Source: Balanoglossus misakiensis
Lineage: Eukaryota; Animalia; Hemichordata
Direction of reading: 5' to 3'
Assembly (NCBI GenBank): GCA_040954595.2
Contig: CM082591.2
Span: 9,227,612 to 9,291,611, forward strand
Length of the DNA stretch: 64,000 nt
Shown here: in pieces, positions 50,718-63,488 of the stretch
Position numbering within the stretch: position 1 is the stretch's first letter
Layout of the letters: each line of letters opens with the position of its first letter
The notes under the pieces: model-generated
Databases searched by the model: none
Seen by the model: the letters and a program-made list of their open reading frames with translations, nothing else
What the model was told of the DNA's origin: nothing
Made by a program: the position numbers and the translations under genes

Positions 50718-51615
50718 CACATGAACTGGCCCTGATCACCACCTGTGTGACGTAGACCAGGACAGATCAAAAATCCTGATCACCCCTGTGTTACGTCATC
50801 AACCGGAACTATTTCCACCGATTCGCCGTAGCTTTGTTGTCAAACAGAAACAGTACGTGTAGCGCGCGGCATTTACAATACAGAAATGAAATAAAAAAAT
50901 TACGGTTCCATGACAATAACGCTTTGTAAGCTCAAAACAGAAAGGTGGAATTTGGAAAGAAGACAGTCGACGCAACGATCATGGACGATCGTGGCTGTCA
51001 AAGTTTTGGGTCAGGTGTACATAGCCTAGGCTAGGCGCAAGTCCGGTACGTTCCGAGTCGAATCAGTGTGGGGAATTGTTTCGAGCCAGTTCAGCGTGAC
51101 GACTGAACCTCTCTATTGCACCGGTCAACGAAATGTATAAGACGTGGCAACAGGTTGCAGTAAAATTGTTAGAGAATCGATTACATTTGTGTAAGGCCGA
51201 ACTTCGAGCGAACGAACTCAACGGGACGACTTGTTGGGAGATTTTATGAATGATCAGCGATAGTTCACCATTTGCGTAAATGCAAATGATGAACTATCGC
51301 TGATCATTCATAAAATCTCCCAACATATATCTCCTGGGGGAAATAATCCCGCTCAGTAAAATACGACACCGCTCCAAAATTGTTGCAAGGTACTGAATTG
51401 TTTTAGTCCTGCCTCTTCTAACGAAAAATAAGAAGACTGTTCATGTGATAAATATATAATCCCATGATATCTTTCTTTGTTTAACGTCATCGTATACTCG
51501 TGGTTTTCGCGGAAGCGTACAACTTCTCGCCTGCGGCTCGAAGTTGCACTGCTCCGCGAAAACCACTCGTATACGATGACGTCAAACAAAGAAAGATATC
51601 ATGGGATTATATGTA
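50718..51615 (-). mobile_element. Second Crypton-like non-autonomous element
   Basis: Hairpin 51454-51612 with a CTCGCCTGCGGCTCG loop; internal IR GTTCATGTGATAA to the distal end; ATTAT at both junctions; empty mirror site ~22262. Confidence 0.65.
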
Positions 51616-52451
51616 ATTATTTTGGGAAACATTGCAAAATTTCATTTTTAGTGGTGATTGGCAGCCATTTTTTATTATGCAAATTAGAAAAGTTGCCAAA
51701 CACTGCCATATTTGCAATAAATAACCAATATGGATGCAAATCCTAAAATATTATATATTACACATAATTTTGAGAAAAAAAGGGCAAAATTTTATTTCAG
51801 AGAAGGTATTTGGCGGCCATTTTTGATCATGCATATTAGAAGAATTGTCCAACATTGCCATTTTGGCAACTCAGCTGGAATAGGTCTGGGCTCCCATATG
51901 AATGCAAATAAGCAAAAAACTTCATAGGAAAGAACATTTCGTTTGATTTGGAACATTTTACAATTTCAAGCTGTGTGTATTTAACTCTGGTGCAATTCTG
52001 GTTGGAGAGACAAATGGCTTAAGCCATTTAATTGAAAATATAGCACTACTTCACCAGGGTTGTGCAGTACCTTTGACAACGCTTTGAACAATGTTGCAAA
52101 AAGCTTTGTGTTGAAGCTTGCTACAAGACTTGGCGTGCTGAAGCCTCTTATACTAGTCTAAGTTGAACCTTAGCTGTAACTACATTTGTGAAAGCTTAAC
52201 ATTCAAATCAAAAAACGGTTACTAAACTTCTTAAAAGCTTGGTCAAAAACTTCAACAATGCTTTTCTATACAAACATTTAAACAAGCTGAAATTGTTGAA
52301 GCTTTGTCAAAGGTGTTCATTTTTATTAGGTCCCATTGGTATATACCATGGGACCTTATGGGATCAGTTGCGTCGGCTCGTATGGATGTATGGCTGTGTA
52401 GTCCCTCAATGGGACCACCGTGTCCTGGACACGATTTTTTTATTTTCTCAA

Positions 52452-52565
52452 ACCACAACAAATTCTCATTGTAACTTTCATACTATAGAGATACTCATGT
52501 ACACATGAGATGTTACAAATGAGTATTTCTATAGTATGAAAGTTACAAGTAGAGTTTGTGGTTGT
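52452..52565. repeat. Short hairpin / micro-MITE
   Basis: TTGTAACTTTCATACTATAGAGATACTCAT vs ATGAGTATTTCTATAGTATGAAAGTTACAA. Confidence 0.7.
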
Positions 52566-53875
52566 TGATTGATTTTAAGGGACAGCGATCGGCTTATACA
52601 CATGTTTCAAACCATAGCCTCTGGTTACAGAAGTTGTAAACAGTCAATCCCGTAAGGCAGTGCGCTGTCTTATCAACTGACAAGGTGACAGCCACCATAG
52701 TCTGTGTCGTGATTTCAGAGCTCTGGAAAAGACTGCAAATTGGGTGAAAAGAAAGGACAAGAATCTAATTTCCTTATTAACTAGTACTACCTTTACTTGT
52801 GGATTCTTACTCCCTCCAACAAAGATTCTTCCAGGCAGTGTAGATCTTGCGCAGAATACTTGGCGCCTTGTAAGCTGATCTGGAAGAGAGAAAAACACAT
52901 TATCCTCACGCTCGTGGAGGCAGACTGAAGCTGTACAAACTACCAGTATATTCTGTGTTCAGAGGGAAAGAAATTATAATCGACTGTGAGGACAACTACA
53001 TTAATTGGCTGAGATTTGCAGCGATAGATTACTAGCAATTGCTCAGATGTGGCCAAAACACAGTCTGTGTCACTTGATGGCAAGCACATGTACATATCAT
53101 CGTAAAATTGTGCCAAAAATGCAGGCGCACCATCAGAAATACACTAAACTTTCCAGGTGGGCTTCTGAAAAGTGGACGGGTTGTCACCAAAACAATCAGT
53201 TAGGTTCAAGAGCATCTTCAGTTTCAATATTATAATTGCACAAGGCTTGTGGAAACCTAGCTCTGTCAGGCAAGCTGGGCTTTGTGACTTACGGCCTCCC
53301 ACCACAGCAGCCCTGCTGACTCCCAATACTAGGCTAAGCTGGCGGATTTACAATTGATCTGTTGCGCAGTAGTTTCATAGAGAATTTCCATCTGTGAACC
53401 AAAACTCGTGCACAGATCGCAGTTACCGAGCACACCTCATTCATACAGGACAACGAAGCACCTCACAACTTGTACAACGGCCCCCTTTGAACTTTCTGAG
53501 AGGAAATTCGCAGCCATCTCTCGCTTCCCCCCCCCCCCCAAAAAAAAATCACGCGCATGTGCATGAGACGATCTGGAGCCTTTAAATAAAGGTAACTGCG
53601 TTCAAGTAATACACAACAGGCAGTGAATGTATTTGAATAGTTATTTTTATTATCCAATATCAGACCAATATCACATGCAATCATATAAATACAAGCAATA
53701 CTGTTACAAATAAAGCAAACCCCCACAAGAACCACAATACTCGGTGCAAAATTAAGGTCTGAATGAGTTAAGGTAAGTGTTCACCTGACGAGGAACTTCT
53801 AAGCGTTGTGAAAAATGCAACTCTGAATACATTATAAATATGATTGTGACTTCTAGTCACCATGAAACTGAATTA

Positions 53876-54986
53876 GGGACCGTTCAGTTTTTACGGCCAG
53901 GGGGGGGGGGGGGGGGGGGCAAAATCCAAGGGGGGGGGGGTCACTTAAATTTTGAAGTCCAAAAGGGGGGGGGGGGGTCATCTGGTTTTTTTAAATGTTT
54001 AGGGGGGGGGGGTCACATACTTGTGTCAACGAACTTTTACTTTTGAGTCCACAAAATTGCAGTTTTGCGCCCTTTATTTTACAAAATTTCGTTTTTTGCT
54101 GGTTTGTCTAGTGTACCAGGGCAGAGTGCTTGCCGCCCCAACCCCACTTATGATATTATTTAACAAAGTAAATACATAAAGGAGAATAATCATTTAAACC
54201 ATTTCCAAAAACTTATACTTTCGCGCTGCATCTTCTGTATACTAGAAGTTTTATAAATGATGTCATGACGAAGATGACTTCAAATCTTCTAACTTTGAGT
54301 GGAGTGGCAAAAGGTAAAATTGGTCCTCCCAAACATTGAGATAATTTGCTTTTGAGTTCATAAAAATGCAGTTTCACGCCCTTTATTTTACACCCCCTCC
54401 CACACCCACCCCCTCCATTCTTCGCCACATTTCATTTATTTGCTGGTTTGTCTAGTGCGCCAGGCCGGGCAGACTTCTTGCCACCCCACCCCCGATGCTT
54501 TGAGTGGAGTGCCAAAATAAAAATTTGTCTGGCCTAACATTTAGTTACTTTGCTTTTGAGTTCATTAAAATGCAACTTGGAGCACCGTCTTTTACAAAAA
54601 TGTGTTATGTGGGAGGGGGACACCCCCTCCCAAGCCCACCGCCGCCACTTTAGAGTTTTACCAGTTCTAGCAACTATTGTATTGACTTGTCATTTTATTT
54701 TGATCATAGATTTCTTTATTGCAACGATATACTATTATATACTTCACTTACTTTTAAGACACTTATAATTGAGGTGTGAGGAGCCTCATTCCCTTTATTG
54801 GATACAGTGTACATAGGATCAGGACGGCGAATGTTTTCGGCGTGTGGGGGGGGGGGGTCATCATATTTTTGGGTCTGTCAAAGGGGGGTCATCATTTTTT
54901 GGTGCTGGGTGAAGGGGGGTCGGCCTGATTTTGAAAACCGATGAAACAAACTTGCCCCCCCCCAGCCGTAAAAACTGAACGGTCCC
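53876..54986 (-). mobile_element. PIF/Harbinger MITE (same family as 24322)
   Basis: Perfect TIR GGGACCGTTCAGTTTTTACGGC, TTA TSD. Confidence 0.88.
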
Positions 54987-54990
54987 TTAA

Positions 54991-55723
54991 GGTGACATTG
55001 CATGAAAAGTTGTGATTTTTGCCAAATTTTACTTTCTTACATAAATCGGTAGGCCTAATACTGACCCACATCCTGACTAATACGTCTTGGCGGAAATGGT
55101 GCATAATCACCCCAAAATAGCACTTTTCTGAATGAGTTCACAGCTTAACAAATAGGTGTCAACAATGCAAATGGCCGTTTTTCTCAGTTTGCATTTTCGC
55201 TGCTCTTGACAACTTCAGACGAAAATAGCTTCGCACTGCGTTGACCGAATTTGCTCAAATTTTAACAGGGGATTGTGTTTGACCCATCCAACAAAACATT
55301 ATTTTTGTTAGTCGATAAAGTGTCCCTGGCGGGAATAAACTCCGATTCAATACAACTCACCGTGAATTTGATCAAATTTTACTAAAAATCTAACTTTCAA
55401 ACGCTGTTTCTCCTCAATGGAAGCAGATAACGCAAAACAAAATTACCGTTTTTTGCACGTGTACTCTAGTTTCGAATGACATATTAAGATGCATGATGCA
55501 TGGTCAACTTTTTTACCTAATTTAAATTTAATAACATAATATCAAAAAATGTTTTTTTTCAGCCAAAATCGCCACCATATCCGGGGATCAATAATATTTT
55601 CAACTCAAACAAAAGTTCAAAATCCCAGCTTCCAGAATATATATGGTTTATGGGGGTTTTAACGTTGTCTTTGATGAGAAATAGGCCTCTGAAAAAGTCT
55701 CGACGGTTTCATGCAATGCCACC
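54991..55723. mobile_element. Kolobok-like MITE
   Basis: TTAA|GGTGACATTGCATGAAA...TTTCATGCAATGCCACC|TTAA. Confidence 0.8.
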
Positions 55724-58289
55724 TTAATTCCCCTTGGACACGTGCAGAGAAAACAGCTGTGGCACCCCCTCTACGAAAGCTGTAGTCATAGAAGGCAATC
55801 GGTGGAATACCTGCCCGGTCAAGCAAAGTGCACAGTTTGGTTGTGAAACTTTTTGTGTGTGAGGGCAGACAGTTTTTCCCCATTTGGGTACACAACTGCT
55901 TTTGCAGTACTTTGATATCATCAGCTGCATTGCCGAAGGTAAATCAAGTTTTGAACCTGGGAGGGATAAAATTAGGGTGGAATGCACTCGGCTACGACTC
56001 TGATTTGTCTTCGACCATGTGATTGCAATGACCACCACAGTAGCGGGGAACTTAAAATTCCTACGGGAAAGGTGGACTGTAGGGTCAAACTTTTGGGGAA
56101 CCAAATTGGACTTTCTCAGAAACAGGAGGATTGCCGTGTGAAAAGCAGCCCACGGAGTAATATCTCCAGACGAGGATAAATCCAAAAACTGGAGAATCGA
56201 TAACAAAATGCCTGTGGTAATAGCTAATTTACGTCTTGGGACCCAGAGAAAACAATGGAAAATCCCTTGTGTTAAACGTGGTAAAATAGGGTGGACTATC
56301 TGCCCATCAAATCCATTACACTTATGCAAAAGTCTTACAGCGTTCATGTATTGCTTCAGTGTACTTACTGTTTCTGAGATGACCTGAATAAAAAAAATTG
56401 TTCGTGGAGATGCTGGAACTGGTGTTATGCCAAAATGAAGGCAAAAGATAAGGTAAGTCTTTCACTGGGAATCAAAATTTCGCACACAGGGTGGCGTCAA
56501 CTTCTGATTCAAGCAACCTTACCTTTGGGGTTTGTTTCTGCTCCTGTGGAAAGGTCAGAGATATTACCAATTGTTGTTTACACTGAAATAAATTGTCATC
56601 AATGTGATGATTTCTCGTGCCTCGGCCTCTAGTCAGCTTCACAAAACGATGGCGACTGCTGCTATTTAGTTCCCAACGGCTAAGGGCGTCTGTCACCCTG
56701 TTTTCTGAGCCTGGGAGATGCACTGCTTTGATTTGGAATTGACGTTTCATGTGATCTCGTGTGCAGCTGGCGTTGACAGTGGCTTCATTATCGCACTAAA
56801 TAATAAACCTACGAACAACCAGTTGGTCAGCCCATAATATGCATGCTATGACCACAGTCATCATTTCTAAACAGCTGATGTGGAACTCAACTGCGTACAT
56901 GTTCTGGAAACTGACAATGAAATTATTCATTGAAGTATGTGCCCCCCCCCCTCCGAGCACCCAAAAGTCAAGCATCTGCTGTGAGTAATTCATCAAGTAA
57001 AAACCAATCGTCAATAGGTACTAATGATGTGCTGTTAAAGTCATCTAAGAAAGTCAGCGACCACCGATGTTATTTTTCATTTCTGAGTTTATGTTGAAAC
57101 GGTGGTGATTGCACCTGAGTTTGGGCACAGTAATGTTATTGTGTCAAACTTGCGGCCTCATAAAACCATGACTGCCAGACTGGTGCTGGTTGACAGGCTT
57201 TCTCCTTTGTTTCATCAAATGAGAAACGACCACACTCTTGTGTGATATTGAACAAACTGTATTAACTAATGCAACACCTGCAGTGTTGATCAACAACTAT
57301 ATCGAACTCAGCTCACAAACTATGTTTTGCAATAAAAACTTGGAAAGAACTACTGATAAACTATGGCTTCAATGCCAAATACACACTGCATGTGATATGG
57401 AAATATCAGCATCAACTCTAAAAAAAACTCTTATTAACTCAAAGTGTTCACAGGAATAAATGTCTCTATCTCTCTATACAAAACTTTACTGTAGAGTTCT
57501 CCAAACGTGTCAGAAATTACACGCAGAAAGTTCAAATGCGACTCCACGTCTTCACTGAAACACACGCGACGAAACTCAATGTCGGTCACACACGCGAAAG
57601 TCCGCAACAAGGCGCGAGTTCCAGGCTACGATCTACAGATCAACATCTATGGGTGTGGTCACCTCGATGACGTCACTAGGGCGCTCGGCAAAACTTCGTG
57701 TAATCGTCGGGCTCCAACGATGACAGTACGATTACATCCGGGACACTCCAATAAAGTTTGTTGCTCATCTATCGGCAAAGTTCACTGAAATCGTCTCAAT
57801 AAACGTTCAAAGGCAAAATACGCACTGCCTATGAACTACATAGAATGTCAGCAAATCAACTCCAACTCACTGTGAAACGTCTGTCTCCGCTCTCGACGGG
57901 TAACTGTAACAGGTAAATCTTCCGTAGTACTCTGAATAAACAGTGCAGCTTTCTCTGCGTCACATGCGCGAAATCTGCTGACTTATGTGATGAGTCAGGA
58001 CGGCTATATTTTCTCAGCAAAAACAATCCATCCCGCGACCATCCGGCATCTACGGAAACATCGGACTCGGCGGAAGTCTGCCTCGAAGTAGCGGGTCCGT
58101 CATCGCGTTCACAACGCCAAAATATCTCAATCAAAATCTGCATCGGCGATCAAACCCTCATCAGTTTGACGCCGTGCTCTCAAGTTCTTAGAAAGTTTTC
58201 TCAAATCAGACCCCCTAGCTAGGTCGTATTACGAACAACTCCCTTGCTAGTGGTCGTATACTAAATACTATGGCAAAATATGCCGGCTA

Positions 58290-58550
58290 CAGTAGCTTCC
58301 GCCCGCTCACTGCCCCACAGTTCACCTCAAAGCTCCGCACCCATTATAGTCGCCTCGGGGTGCAGGTCATTGAATACTCTTCACACAGTCTCCGCCGGAG
58401 AGGGGCATCCTGGGCAATACAGTGTGGGGTTTTCAGTGACGTAATTAAGCTGATGGGGGATTGGAGGAGTGACGCATACCTTTGTTACTTGGTCCTCCCC
58501 CTCCCTTTCAAAGTTAACTCTGTTAAGCTTTGTGCCAAACAGCTTCCTTT
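58290..58550 (+). pseudogene. C-terminal fragment of another Ngaro-type tyrosine recombinase
   Basis: PLT..QF..KLR...YSSHSLRRRGASWA..IKLMGDWRSDAYLCY. Confidence 0.8.
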
Positions 58551-59300
58551 TTAGGGCCCAAGCCCAGCAGGCTTGGGCCCTATTGGTATTACTGGGATTT
58601 TTAGGGCCCAAGCCCAGCAGGCTTGGGCCCTATTGTTTTTGCTGGAGTTTTTACGGGCCCAAGCCAAGCCAGGCTTGGGCCCGTATTGGTTTCGTTGGGG
58701 TTTTTCTTTCTTTCTTTATTCTTGGTTCATTTCTTTCGCGCTCTAGATCTCAGACACCGCTGCAGGTACAGTTCTCAAACTTGCTACAGTGGTCAAGGTC
58801 AATGAGTAGATGTGCAGTGACTTGTGAATACTTAATTAGTCACGTGACATGGCGGCCATATTGGATTTTCTGAAAAAATGCAAATCTCAGATCTCAGAAA
58901 CTACAAGTCAGATCGTCTTCAGATTTGGCGTGCTGGTAGTATACCCTCTGCCCATCATTTTTGTAATTGGATATTTTGCTGTCAATGTTGCAGTTTTTTT
59001 GCTACAGTTGTTTTTCTGGACTAAAATTGAAAAGCCAAAATTGGGGGTCACCTGTGACACCTGCCTACCTCATTAATTATGTGCATACCTAATTCCAGGC
59101 TAACCAATAGGGCTATAGGTTTGGTTTTTGTTGAACATGGACCAGTATAGGGTAAAAATGTCTTGCCTAAATATAACATGACCTCAGTTGACCTTTGACC
59201 TACTTTACCATATCTTGGCATCAAGTGCAGATATGCTTATTGCTATGTTGCTATGTGCTATGTTGGCTTGGGCCCGCTATTGCTGCTTGCAGCTATATTT
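58549..59300 (+). mobile_element. Helentron-associated non-autonomous element (HINE/DINE-1-like) with a triplicated 5' end
   Basis: 5' subTIR+IR GGGCCCAAGCC..GGCTTGGGCCC three times, a TTTC run, then 3' subTIR GGCTTGGGCCC (59265) followed by a short hairpin GCTGCTTGCAGC and T-rich flanks. Confidence 0.6.
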
Positions 59301-59491
59301 CTATTTCTACATTTATAGCAAGTTTTCTGTGACTACCGGGTACCACTACTATATTGGGTTTTTGGGAGAATTTTGTAGTTAACACAGACAGACACCAACT
59401 GGCCATTAGTATGTGTTTTTGTCAATAATAAAGTTTCCCAAAGTTGTTCCCAATTTGTGTGTCCCAGTGTGGTTTGTGTGTGGGAGCCAGT

Positions 59492-60474
59492 TAGGCCATG
59501 AGCCAGTAGGGGTTTACCTCCCCCCCCCCCCCCCCCGGGGGAATTTTTGAGACAATGTTTTTCTGAAAGCCTATCATATACTGAGTAAAATTCACTTTGT
59601 TTGCCATCTGGGCACTGGGGCGTAATATCAACCAAATTTTACATAGAATAGGCATATCATATGTCATCAGATCTTCGAATGTGACGAAAACAGTGTGTTT
59701 TTAGTGTTTTCTAAAGATGACCTTTTTTGGGTTAAAAAGTGCCAAAATGGCAATTTTGTCTTGGGTGGGGTCAATAAGACTGACTTTTTTGGAATCAACA
59801 CCATTGTTTACATAGAATGGACACAAACCTTCCTTACCAATTTTTTTTATTTAAAGGCACCTATCTCCTAGGGTAATAACTTGTCATCATAGTCACTAAT
59901 TGGTAAGGGTACTTGGAAGTATGACGTAATGATGACGTAATTGATTATTATATCATTTTTTGCAATAATTAGATACTTTACTCAATCAGCTTTCTGTTGA
60001 TACCAAACACATCACAGTTTTCATCAGTACAATTGCTCAGAGACGTGTTTTGCAAAACCTCACATTTATAGGTGAACAGAACACCATTTTCGTAAGGGTA
60101 TTTTGACTTATGACGTCACTATGATGTCATGATTTGTCATATCACTTTTATTTTGTAATTAATGGAAAGCTTGTTTATTAAGCTTTCTTTTGATACCAAA
60201 TACTTCCCTTTTGTTCTAGGTATACATTCAGAGAGACAGTATTTTACAAGACTAATTTACCCCCCTACGTCAATTTATATGCACTTTTAGGCATTTCTAC
60301 ATACGTTACCCAATATAATTTAGAAGCCAATAACTCGAAAACGCCCCGGTGTCCAGACGGCAAACAAAGTGAATTTTACTCAGTATATGATAGGCTTTCA
60401 GAAAAACATTGTCTCAAAAATTCCTCCGGGGGAGGGGGGGGGGGGGAGGTAAACCCCTACTGGCTCATGGTCAA
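59492..60474. mobile_element. Academ-like MITE with a ~130-bp TIR
   Basis: TAGGCCATGAGCCAGTAGGGGTTTACCTCCCC.. inverted at 60340-60474; 3-bp TSD AGT. Confidence 0.75.
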
Positions 60475-60534
60475 AGTGTGCCTTAAACAGTGTACACATG
60501 TATTTATGACAATAAAGTACTATTTTTTCCACAG

Positions 60535-62334
60535 AGTATGTGATTTTTGGGTGTGTACAGAAGTTGAGAAGAAGCATACACACTACCATTGCCTGATTTG
60601 CCAGAAAATCCTCTCACGGAACAACATTTATTGACCATATTATAAAGTGCCGAAGCAAAACACCAATAGCTGAAAGTACAACTACCAGTGCAAGCAGAAA
60701 CTCCATTAACAAGAATGGTTGCCCCACATTGACTGCAACGGTAGAAAGGGAAGAGGATGTGAAAGACGAAAATGATGGTGGTGTTTGTACCCAGAAGGAT
60801 GAAGTTAAAAGCTCATCACGGGAACAGCATAAATCAAAGAATAAAAGAAACCTGCATATTTTGTCGCTAAAACACATATGAACACCATGGACAGATGTAA
60901 GCAATGTAGTAAACAAATGCTGAGGAGGAATCTGAAAAGACACATGAAAATGCAACACAAGAGTCTGGCCAAAAGTGGTGATACTGAAAATAACTACCAC
61001 GACGGCATTCTTGTAGATGCAGAAAGTGGGATATACCTTGTAGAGAAATCAAGAAAGGGATTAGGATATCCAATCCATGTGCAGCGCAAAGTGGGGTCAT
61101 CTACTCAGGTGATGAAGTGTGAGAGCACTGCTTGCAATATTGTTACTGGGGCTGTAGCACGAGTAGGAAATGTGTCGCATCTGTGTCCACACTTGCAGAG
61201 TACAAGTTTTCTGAAGGAGGGAGAAGAAATTGCACTTCAGGACGAAGTATTATCCAAGACAAAGAAAATTTCTAAAGCTAGAGAATCAGAATGTCTTGAA
61301 GCTAAAGAAAGTGCAAAGAAGGCAAAGGCTCCAGTATTAACAGCTCGGCACCACACAGGCCCATCAAGATATTTATTTTTCTCAGTATTTGATGGGAAAA
61401 TAAGGTATTACTCTCGTCTTGGCCGTGTTGTTGTCAGTGTTGACAAGACTAATGGCGTAACTATATGCAGATGTTGCAAGGCACGTAGGAGCTGTGTACA
61501 CAAGGCACTTGTAACATGGTATCTGTTACAATCCAACAAAAGTCCAGAAGACGAACCACATCGACAGAGTATGCCATGTTGTAACAGTGAAGTGACAGAT
61601 TCAGTAGAAGTAACAACCGAAATGCTGAATTACATAATGACTGAAAAACTAGTGGATGAGGACAATATAAGTGCTGAGACATCTGGATGAAAAACCTTGA
61701 GTGAGATTGTTCCCACTGAAGACAAGTGTCAGCTCTGTGAATTACATCCAGACCTTGAGACTATCCTGGTATCAAGAAGTGGTATCATTGTTGATCTGGA
61801 TTCATTTTGTAAAGGTCATTAAACCATATTATGAAAATCACGTAAAGAAAGTTACATCTATTAGCATGAATGACGATACATTTATCATTTTCAAATAAAC
61901 TTTATCCTTAGGTCGACATGTGTCATCCACATTATTTCAATTATTGAAGGTGCATTTTTGTTAATTTAGTCAGTGTATTCAATTTTTTGTTTTGTTTTGT
62001 ATTTCATAGAAAGTGTGCTAGCATACTGAACATCGATGACACCTGCACACACATATTGTATACCAGTATGTTACTGTTTCTTCTGTTATTTGCAGATAAG
62101 CTGGTATTTGTACGGAGTTGTCCCTCATGCAAAGTGACCTACAGGTATCAAGAATGCGATGATGGCATACATAACTTTAACAACAAACTATTCCTGACTC
62201 ATCGTTTGTGTTTGTGGTTGAGAGCCAATGTTAAGGTAGTGGCAAGTGTACATCCAAGAACTGATTCATGTATATATTAAACTTACTATTCAACTAGGCA
62301 TACCAACCTACCTGCCTGCCTGCCTGCCTATCTA

Positions 62335-62402
<68 letters not shown>

Positions 62403-63409
62403 GATCGATCTATCGATCTATCGATCTAGCAATCTAGCTATCTATCATTTTATCTATCCATCTATCTGAATATAGATTTTATTTGTGAAATGGAGGGCAT
62501 ATGTATAAGGAGGTAGGTCGGGTGGGAAAGGTAGGAAAAGCATCTTAGAAAGTGAGGACTGGTGTGGAATAAAAAGAAAAAAAATGTCTAAGAGGGTGAT
62601 GCCTGGAAGCTTAAATTGTTTTCCGTCTGATACCACTGCCAGATTGATAAAAGAAGGGTATCTGAGTCCAGTTTCGGATTGATAAAAATAAAAATGCGGA
62701 GACCATACCAAGTTTACCTAATGGTAAAAGTTCATATCACACTTTGCTGATCTATGTACCCTATGTTGTTCACTGGTAGGAGGCCTTGTCTTTGCCCTTT
62801 TATTGATTTTTCAGAACCACACTGCAGTCGGAAGAGCCTATAAGACTATTTTCAGCAGCAGTGCATGCCTGTTTCTCATCAGGATGTCATCAATGGATAT
62901 CTTTCGTTTGAGGCACTTACAAACAAAAACTATGACTTCACATGCGTGATTTGTGGCCACTTTCCCCCAATCATTGTTATGGATCTAAACAGGAAGACTG
63001 CTTTTGATTATGCTGGTAATACATTAAATGTAATTGTCCACAAAATAGCAATAGCTTGTATTTCCAAAATGCGAATGACGACATCATGTATTCATATCTC
63101 CAATTTACAAGTGACGTCATGTAATCAAATCATCAAATTTTTATTGTGTCTGCATGAATATGATTCTTATATTGTAATTTGACCTTTGAACCCTATGCAT
63201 TATATTGGCAATGTTAGTTATAAGGGCAATGTCTTTGATAAAGACTTGATTTTTTTTTGCAAATTTGGTTTTGTTGACATTATTACATCCTTGTTGATTT
63301 CTCACAGATTTAGATACTGAAATGTCAAGTGAGGTGTGTGATTCTGTTGATGCAGACTCTTTCTGGTAACAAATTCACAGGGAAATTATTGCCAGAGGGG
63401 TTTATCCAG
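60535..63409 (+). pseudogene. Spliced Zisupton/KDZ-type (HMGXB3-related) transposase; exons ~60535-61814, 62096-62235, 62815-63015, 63308-63409; catalytic part not in the window
   Basis: Two C2H2 fingers, SWIM (CRCC....CVHK), CxC cluster (C..C...C..C..YRYQE..DGIHNFN), YLSFEALT..YDFTCVICGHFP.IIVMDLNRK, FW...EII.RG. GT-AG junctions; frameshifts and a stop. Confidence 0.72.
62305..62470. repeat. Compound (CCTG)n(TATC)n microsatellite in an intron
   Basis: Directly visible. Confidence 0.95.
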
Positions 63410-63488
63410 GTAAATGTATTTTTATTGACATTACATGTTGAGGAATAGTTTAATTTTTACATGTACGCCATCAATTTTGTAATTCTGC

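Larger units (their letters stand above)
38834..52284 (-). repeat. Right arm of the giant inverted repeat
   Basis: Mirror of 21548-32206, plus five arm-specific insertions and an expanded 160-bp array. Confidence 0.9.
53260..57220 (-). mobile_element. Decayed Ngaro/PAT-type tyrosine-recombinase retroelement (RNase H + YR), split by nested MITEs; boundaries approximate
   Basis: RH: HISCLEM..W....*CDNEA..HLPGSENRVTDALSR. YR: FLRKSNLVP, WSKTNQ, SFRRGGAT; continues in frame left of 53873 as ELIQFHGD*KSQSYL. Confidence 0.8.

Noticed and set aside
57500-58265. CpG-rich segment, possibly a retroelement leader or LTR
   Set aside because: No partner repeat, PBS or recognisable ORF in the window.
58551-58690. 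Palindromic repeats with short variable spacers resembling a CRISPR array
   Set aside because: Only 3 units, spacers are similar to each other, eukaryotic context, no cas genes; explained as a duplicated TE terminus.
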